Source: Octopus vulgaris (taxonomy: Eukaryota). Taken from it: a DNA stretch of 64,000 nt. The stretch lies in the NCBI GenBank assembly GCA_951406725.2, contig OX597823.1, positions 102,238,001-102,302,000 on the forward strand, in the 5' to 3' direction. Position 1 is the stretch's first letter, and each line of letters starts with the position of its first letter. The notes beneath the pieces were generated by a model. The model was not told where the DNA came from and ran no database searches. It saw nothing but the letters and a program-made list of their open reading frames with translations. The translations under genes were made by a program, and so were the position numbers. Below are positions 55,778 to 64,000 of this stretch, one piece after another.

Positions 55778-56295
55778 AGTGTAATGTTGTGTAGCCAAGT
55801 ATATTACGATAGACGTAGTGTAAAAGTGTGGTGATGTAATGTAAGTGCTATGTAAGTGTTATGTAAGTGCTAAGCAATGCTGTGTAGTTCTTGGAATGAT
55901 TCCAACAACTCCATGTTAACAGTTCGGTTTCATCTCAGAGTAGCTCCTCCGTCTGGCACCTCGTGGAATCAGGAACTTTGCCAGACAGTTGCGAATGGTT
56001 ATTGTTAAACTTGTGGTAGCACTGGTGCATTTGTTGCAGAAAGAATCCACCTTAATTGGTCTTGCATTCCAACATAGGTCGACAGGTATATATATATATA
56101 TATATATACATACATTACGTATTATCTATTGTATGTCTATATTATCTGAATGTATATACATGTGGTGTATTAGGATTTCTTGCGTGAGGTGTTAGTTTTC
56201 TGTTTTTGCAGCACTGTATTTTGTGTAACGAGCTTGCGTAATATATATTGAATTTTTGTTGCTTAGGTTGAGTGTATAATGCATTAATGTGTACA

Positions 56296-56344
<49 letters not shown>

Positions 56345-56547
56345 TGTGTGTGAAAAGCAAATCTTGAGTATTTCGTTCGTCTCATATGTTAGTATTACTA
56401 TTATTACATTGCTTTAACTTAGTTTACTACGGTTACAAAACTATGTTTAGATTGCTTCAAGTTATAATTGGTTAAGTTTATTTGATATAATGTAACACAC
56501 ACACTCACACATATGTATATATAAATATATATGTATATGTGAATATA

Positions 56548-56603
<56 letters not shown>

Positions 56604-56758
56604 CGTTTAAATATTTGTTGTGCAAGATTTTATTGGCTAAACTGGCAATATGACCATTCCGAAATATAACAATATATATAAATAGCTTTACATATAATAC
56701 ACACACACGTACATATATATACATACATACATGCATACATACATATATATTAAAAATG

Positions 56759-56821
56759 GGGAATTACCTTAGGTTTCCCGTCCATAAAGGGTTTGGGTTT
56801 ATGGCGTATATTCAGATTCCC
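56759..56821 (-). ncRNA. Hammerhead motif with G8U substitution
   Basis: gggaau-CUGAAUA-[ccauaaa..uuuaugg]-GAA-ACCUAAGGU-A^auuccc. Confidence 0.6.
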
Positions 56822-56865
56822 AAACCTGTTGGCCCATGACCTCTTAAAAATATGGGGGAGAGGTC

Positions 56866-56935
<70 letters not shown>

Positions 56936-57030
56936 AGGAAAAATTATGAAAAGGCAGAATGCTAAATTGAAGGTAAATTTTAATGAAAATGGGTGTATGG
57001 GAAATTAAATTTTTTTTTTTAAATATATAT

Positions 57031-57075
57031 TAATTCAAACCGGTTTTCGTCGCAATGCGACTTTTCACAAAATTA
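57031..57075 (-). ncRNA. Hammerhead motif with a 3-8 mismatch (GUGAAAA)
   Basis: uaauuuu-GUGAAAA-gucgc(auu)gcgac-GAA-AACCGGUU-U^gaauua. Confidence 0.55.
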
Positions 57076-57244
57076 TAAGGTGAAAAGAAAATATTTTTTG
57101 TAATTGAAGAGGGGGAAAAAAAAAAAATTACATTGTTTTTTGCAATTATATTTAATTTTTACTTATATCTTTTATCTTTTTAAAAAAATAATAATGGTGT
57201 ATTAAAAACATATGTTTTACTGAAAAATTTTTAAAATATATATA

Positions 57245-57299
<55 letters not shown>

Positions 57300-57310
57300 G
57301 GTTGTATAAA

Positions 57311-57350
<40 letters not shown>

Positions 57351-57357
57351 AAATATG

Positions 57358-57404
<47 letters not shown>

Positions 57405-57507
57405 CTATCGTTAGACGATGTATAAAGGTTCGACAATTTCTTATCGAACAACCACACAGATGATTTGTTTATTGTGATCAAATGTTTGTGTACACCTAAG
57501 CTCACTA

Positions 57508-57720
57508 GGGCGGCGAGAGCTGGCAGAAACGTTAAGCACGCCGGGCGAAATGCGTAGCCGTATTTCGTCTGCTGCTACGTTCTGAGTTCAAATTTCGCCG
57601 AGGTCGACTTTACCTTTCATCCTTTCAGGATCGATAAATTAATTACCAGTGAAACACTGGGGTCAATGTAATCGACTTAATGCTCTCCCAAATTTCGGGC
57701 CTTGTGCTCAGAGTAGAAAA
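57508..57720 (+). mobile_element. SINE family C
   Basis: Multiple copies in the window. Confidence 0.75.
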
Positions 57721-57932
57721 AAATACAAATAATCTCACTTCCTCCATCAAATCAACATTACCTGTACAGGTGCAACGGGTACCACATGTAAGATGAGCCA
57801 ATGATCGCAGAGCAACGTGAAATGAAGTGCTTTGATCAAGAGCACAACGCAACGTCCGGTCTGAGAATCGAACCCACGATCTCGCAAGCGTGATTGCAAC
57901 ACCTTTAACCACTAAGTCATGCGTCATCACAT

Positions 57933-57978
<46 letters not shown>

Positions 57979-57992
57979 CTAAACATGTATAA

Positions 57993-58389
57993 GCGCAGGA
58001 GAAGCTATGTGGTAAGTAGCTTGCTTACCAACCACTGCGTGACACCTTGGGCAAGTGCCTCGGGTCGTTCAAAGCCTCGTGAATGGACTTGGTAGACGGA
58101 AACAGAAAGAAGCCCGTCGTATATATGTGTATGTGTGTGTGTATATTTGTGGGTCTCTGTTTGTCTCCCCACCATCGCTTGACAACCAATGTTAGTGTGT
58201 TTACGTCCCCGTAACTTAGCGATTCGGCAAAAGAGCCCAACAGAATAAATGCTGAGCTTACAAAGAATAAGTCCTGGAATCGATTTGTTCCACTAAAGGT
58301 GGTGCTCCAGCATGGCCCCAGTCAAATAACCGAAACAAATAAGAGGATAAAAGAATATATACATATATATATACACACACACATATATT

Positions 58390-58420
<31 letters not shown>

Positions 58421-59480
58421 ATGTGTATATATGTATATGTATATATATATATGTATATATGTGTGTATGCATGGGGGGGGGATTGGCATGCACGTGAAGT
58501 TATGTGCCCCATGTATTTCAGCTGATCACTAGTAAGCACACGTAGTAAGCGCACTAGCTGGCAGGTGAGAATGCAGGGGGGGGGCTTTCAAGTCACATGC
58601 ACTCTAAGAAATATACACACGTGTGTGTGTGTATTGACAATCAGACAGATAAAGATAGACAGACAGATAGATAGATGTCCACAAATAGCTATAGGCACAC
58701 GCGTGGCTGTGTGAAGTTCGCTTCTCCACCACGAGATCCTGGGATCAGTTCAGTCGGATATATAAATGAATTGACTGTGAGGTAAGAAGCTTCCTTACCA
58801 ACCAGATGGTTCCCAGTTCAGTCCCACTGCGTGCACCTTGGGTAAGTGCACCAACCAACGCCTTTTGAGTGGATTTGGTTGACGGAAACTGAAAGAAGCC
58901 CGTCGTATATATCTGTTCATATCAATGTGTTTGTCTTTGTGTCTGTTTGTCCTTCCTTTGTGTGTTTAATCCCTGTAAATCAGCGTTTCGATAGAATAAC
59001 CAGGGTTCATTCGACTAAAATTTTGCAAGACGGTGCTCCAGCATTGCCGCAGTCCAGTGACTGAAACAAGTAAAAGATAAAAGTATATATTTATATAGGA
59101 ATATGTGCACAAGATTGTACATAAATATGACTGCGTTTAATGTTTATATTTATGCACATGCGTGTGCATATGTATATGCATACACTTACACATATATGCA
59201 TATCACCGTGATCACCGTAACCGACCAGGCTATCAAATGTTGCTTCACATCGCTGGTCACAATGCGCTTCAAATGACGCCACCCCGCTGTCTAAGCGAGC
59301 AGGCCAACAGAAGAAAGAGTGAGAGAAAGTTGTGGCGAAAGAGTACAGCAGGGTTCGCCGCGTGGAGCTTTAGGTGTTTTCGCTCAATAAACACTCACAA
59401 CGCCCGATCTGGGAATCGAAACCGCGACCTTACAACCGCGTGTCCGCTCCCCTAACCACTGGGCCATTGCGCCTCCACAT
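57993..59480. mobile_element. SINE cluster: family A (57993-58355, 58695-59085, +) and family B (59202-59480, -)
   Basis: Similarity to other copies. Confidence 0.75.
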
Positions 59481-59849
59481 ATATGCATGTATGTATGCTT
59501 ATACACATTCATATTTTAAAAGTGGTGATAAATGCGCAGTAATTAGAGGAAATTTTAGTTTATATCAAATGTACTGCACGAGCACCTCCTTTTCGATTCC
59601 CGAACGTCACAAAACAATTCCGAGATCCTATGCTAAATGCATTTGGTACAATTACTTGATTTTTTTCTTCTTTAAACCGGCAAACTTATAATCAAAGACG
59701 TTCCAACAGTGACCATTCTACTTCTCAATATCTGTTTCTGTATGTACGTGTCTCTTCTATTTTTTAATTATTATAAATCTTCCACTGAGGAGGGAGCCAG
59801 TTTCCAACAAATATACAAGGCTCTATCTTTGGGATGTAGTTAACACAAA

Positions 59850-60230
59850 TTCACATTTGGAACTTGAGAAAAACCTTACACATTTTTACTGTTCCACTCA
59901 CAGATTGCACGTGTAATGTACGAATCAGCCAGTCGATTTCTCTTTCTGAAAATCTCAGTTTATCCAGATTCTCCTTTAAGCATTTACTAATAAAACCTAG
60001 TGTTCCTGTTATTATTGGTATGAATATGAATGCATAGTCTGGATATAGAAGCTGGAAGTTTCGAATCAGTCCTCTTTTTCTTTGATATCTATATCTGCAG
60101 GACAGCTGACCTCTCTGACGGTACATACCTTTGCCCCTCTGTCTCAAACAACAATATCCGGCCTGCTATGTTTACATTTGACAGAAGTTTTGATGGGAAT
60201 ATTCCACCAGTAGTCCTCGAATTGGTGTTC
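59850..60230 (-). mobile_element. RLE-type LINE 3' fragment
   Basis: NIPIKT...HSRPDIVV; FIPIITGTLG...SVSGTVKMCKVFL. Confidence 0.65.
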
Positions 60231-60899
60231 ATGTATGTATGTACGTACGTATGTATGTGTATGTGTTTCTTGGAGGAGACAAAAGATGTAATATTAAACA
60301 CCAAGCGCGTGGGCAGGGACACACACACACACTACACACACACGCACACACAAATACGTAGCGGATTAAAGCTATTATCTATGAATGCATCGATAAAATA
60401 CTGCAGAAACAGTTGTAAATTTTAAACTCCTCTTGTGTCCTTTTATATAGGCGCCACACCAATCCTGGGTCGGGTCTACGGTTTGTATTGGATTTGATAC
60501 ATATATATATATAGACTCTCTCTCTCCCTCACACACACACATACATACATCAATACATACACACATACACACATTCACACATACATACATATATTTATGG
60601 GCTCGACTTTTACATGGATACTACTTTTGAGGGGCTGAAATTCAAGCTAGAATCCTAAGCACCGTCTCAGCAGGAGACGCCCAACTGGTCTCTAAGCGAA
60701 TAAAAACAAAAACACAATGAATTCCAGTAATATTACCAATTCCATGCATCAAAACACACGTCTTAGTAAATATTTAAAAAAAACCATAAACAAGACCGTG
60801 TGGCTCTCACGAATATTTACACTTCCTCTTTTATTTGTATCCATCAAACTTAGCAGACTAGCTGAGTGAAATCAATTTATATCTCATAATTATGTTATA

Positions 60900-61113
60900 T
60901 TCTTTTCTACTCTAGGCACAAGGCCCAAAAGTGTGAGGGAGGGGCCAGTCGATTAGATCGACTCCAGTACGCAACTAGTACTTAATTTATCAACACTGAA
61001 AGTATGAAAGGCAAGGTCGACCTCGGCGGAATTTGAACTCAGAAGGCAAAGACAGGCGAAATATCGCTAAGCATTTCGCCCGGCGTGCTAACGTTTCTAC
61101 CAGTTCGCCGCCT
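60900..61113 (-). mobile_element. SINE family C
   Basis: Reverse copy of 57508-57720. Confidence 0.75.
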
Positions 61114-61460
61114 TCCATAATTATATTATATTGCCACCGGTAACATATCTACCCGGTACCGGCATGCCACTATCTACCGTAATATGGTGCATACAGCTGA
61201 TGCCTACACGGCGTTTCACATCATAGGGTAAACAGTGTGTCGTGTTCTGTGTATATGTTGTCCCTAACAGAATTGAAAAAATAAAAGTTGCACGGTGCCA
61301 TGTGCAGTTACCAGTAAATGTCCATAATGTGGTGTAGAGTTGTTAATCTGTAGCAGGGATCCCCAAAGTGTGTTCTGCAAAACCCCAGGGTTCCCTGAAA
61401 GTTATCAGGGGTTCCACGATTTTGAAAATAATGTTGAAGGATTCCATAGCAAAAAAAGTT

Positions 61461-61786
61461 TGGGAACCACTTATCTAGTGATTAACTAAATGTTTTTAGG
61501 CTTACTGAAGTCATGCCTCTCTACGAATTCATGCAGTGGTGTTTGCTGTTGTTCGCTGACAGCATGTCTGTGAAACACGTTTCTCACCGTGTAAACAAAC
61601 AAGCGTATGACGCATGTGTTTATTGTATTTTGAGATGAGGAAAATATAAAGGTTGCATGGGAACCACTGATCTTGCGATTAATTGAATGTTTTTAGGCTT
61701 ATCAAAGTCATACCTTTGTACGAATTCAGACAGTGGCGTTTCTCACCATGTAAACAACAAGTGTATGACGCATATGTTTATTGTGC
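61461..61786. repeat. Diverged tandem duplication (~197-bp period)
   Basis: GGGAACCACT...TTTTAGGCTTA...CTCACC...GACGCAT occurs twice. Confidence 0.65.
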
Positions 61787-62836
61787 TTGCATATGTATGC
61801 AGGCTTGCAGCATATCCTGTGCATAGATATTAGTAATGGTGATGTAGCACCCATCAACAGATGTGTACTGCTCGCTATTTACTATAAGCACCGAGCGTTC
61901 CACCTCTAGAGCGGGCTACAGTAAGGTAGCCACACAATTTTGTAACAGTTATTTCTCCGTACAGGATAATACGGTACCTTGATCCACAAATGTTGTCTCG
62001 TTGTTTGGGAAATACAAGGGTACACTTCTATACGGAGTCTATGGAAAATTCCCAATTTGGGAGCCAAAAATAGGGGTCGATTTTTACGTGAGATCGAGTG
62101 TGAATCTAGTTGGTTTAGCTGCCAGAATCAATTTCTGTTCGAATTGATTTCATATTCAGTGTAAAATCAGTAAATAACGAGTTATTAGCAATTAAAGTTT
62201 GAAAATGTTGGTAATTTTAGCCAATCGTAAGCCACAGGCATATTCATGTCTGTTTCCATAGTAACAAGCCAAGCATGAGAACTCTTTTATCAGCGAGAAA
62301 GCATGTGTTTTGCTACGCGATGCCACTTGCGTTGGCGCTGTGTTCCGTTGCTTTGTGTCCGTCTGTTGCTTGTACCCTGGTTGTGAGGTGTGCTAAAAAT
62401 AGCAGCTAAATAAGGCCTTAACTTACACCCCTCCCCCATTAATTTTTTTATTGCATAATCGTATGAATTCTCGTGTATAGAGTACAAATTCGCTACAATT
62501 TTCTGAAAATTCCAAATTTTAAAGAAGCTACGTTTTTGTCGTACGTTAAGCAGAATTTGATCTGCTTACAGTTTCATATAAAAACGCGCACTATTTTCAG
62601 AATGTTGACAACACGTGCAGACACGCACAAAATGACAGCTTCCAAATCCTGTTTCCTAACTTGGTGAAAACGATCAAACTTTAAACCTCTATAACTTCTT
62701 TAAAACATTTTCTTGGAAAAAGTGAAATAACTCCAGCAATTCAGCTTGGAAAGGGAGATTAATGTGCCAAATTTTAACAGTTTCGATAAACTTTAATTTT
62801 TCAAATGCTGGCACCCAAACCAACTCAAGTATAGTG

Positions 62837-63117
62837 AGGGCGCGTGGCTCAGTGGTTAGAGCGTCGAGCTTACGATCGTGAGGTTGTGAGTTCGATTCCC
62901 GGACCGGGCTGCATGTTGTATTCTTGAGTAAAACACTTTATTTCACGTTGCTCCAGTTAACACAGCTGCAGAAATGAGTTGGGACATCACTGGTGCCAAG
63001 CTGTATCGGCCCCCTTTGGATAACATCTGTGGCGTGGAGCGGGGACTGCTGGTCTTCCATAAACAACCTTGCCCAGACTTGTGCCTAGGAGGATAACTTC
63101 CTAGGTGCAATCCCATG
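62837..63117 (+). mobile_element. tRNA-derived SINE
   Basis: A box TGGCTCAGTGG, B box GAGTTCGATTCC. Body resembles the SINE at 53700-54120. Confidence 0.75.
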
Positions 63118-63601
63118 CACACACACACACACGCACACGCTTATATATATCATCCAATATATCTTCCTTTTTAAGATGGTAAAGAGCGATTTGAGGGATA
63201 TCTGGCTGCTGTTACTAGTAGCACGTGTATTGACCCATGACCGCGTGCATCGTTGCCAAGAGTTTGGTTTATGTAACAGAAAGATAAGGTCAGTGATAAC
63301 GATATCAGTGCTGTTGCTGCTGCTGAGAGTGTTAGAGAGTGGAGGAGGAGGAGGAAGTGATAGAAGTGATGGTGGTGGTGGTGGTGGTGGTTGTGGTGTA
63401 GATGGTGACGAAAACGAATAAAAGGCCCCAACAAAAGTATGAGCTCTCCACTCGCAGCCTTGTCAATTCTCCTTCCTTTCGAAGATTTCGTTTTAGGAAC
63501 GGACCGCACTCTATAAAGATGATTCACCACCATCATGACACACAACAAGACACCCGGTATTTGCCAGTGTGTGCTTCCCCTCTCTCCTCTTTCTCCCACT
63601 C

Positions 63602-63657
<56 letters not shown>

Positions 63658-64000
63658 ATACACTCACTTTGCCGCACACACATATTCTCTCATCTCTTAT
63701 CAACACAGATCACACACACACTCATGCGCGCGCACGCACACACGTTCATGTTGCATTTTGTCAAACGAAAAATGAAGGATAGTTTATGAATCTTTATACC
63801 TCTCGTGGCTAGTTTCACGCCTTTGTGTTCGTCTGTCAAACTTCCGTGTGTGTGTTTGAATATATGTACGTAGGACTTATGTATGTATACGGGGATGCGT
63901 TTTCAATGTGCTTTTCTGAGAATGAATCGCTGTTTTGTTATTGATGTTTTGTTATTGTTACCATTCTTTTCTTGGTGGTTGTGGTGATGATGATGATGAT

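Noticed and set aside
55885-56090. Possible PLK exon 2 in a complex-sequence island
   Set aside because: No GGFA or other kinase motifs in the frames examined.

Overview
AT-rich eukaryotic DNA, dense in microsatellites and transposons. The SINE families and composition point to an octopus/coleoid cephalopod (inference). One host coding exon is supportable: the first coding exon of a PLK2/3-type Polo-like kinase (51308-51541, +), followed by an intron of more than 12 kb. The rest is decayed mobile DNA: Dong/R4-type, RTE and CR1/L2-type LINEs, Penelope-like elements (RT + GIY-YIG), mariner/Tc1/pogo remnants, MITEs (Merlin-like, piggyBac, pogo, hAT), a non-autonomous Helitron and many tRNA-derived SINEs. 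The main signal is about 20 type I hammerhead ribozyme (HHR) motifs from more than 10 dissimilar sequence families. They include all three Watson-Crick versions of the catalytic 3-8 pair seen here (C-G, U-A, G-C). They occur in long fold-back palindromes, in a terminally redundant 355-bp retrozyme-like monomer, in tandem pairs, behind a GIY-YIG ORF, and apparently behind a tRNA-like Pol III head. One inversion breakpoint falls within 1 nt of a predicted cleavage site. All RNA folds were done by eye, family names are by motif recognition, and repeat boundaries are approximate.
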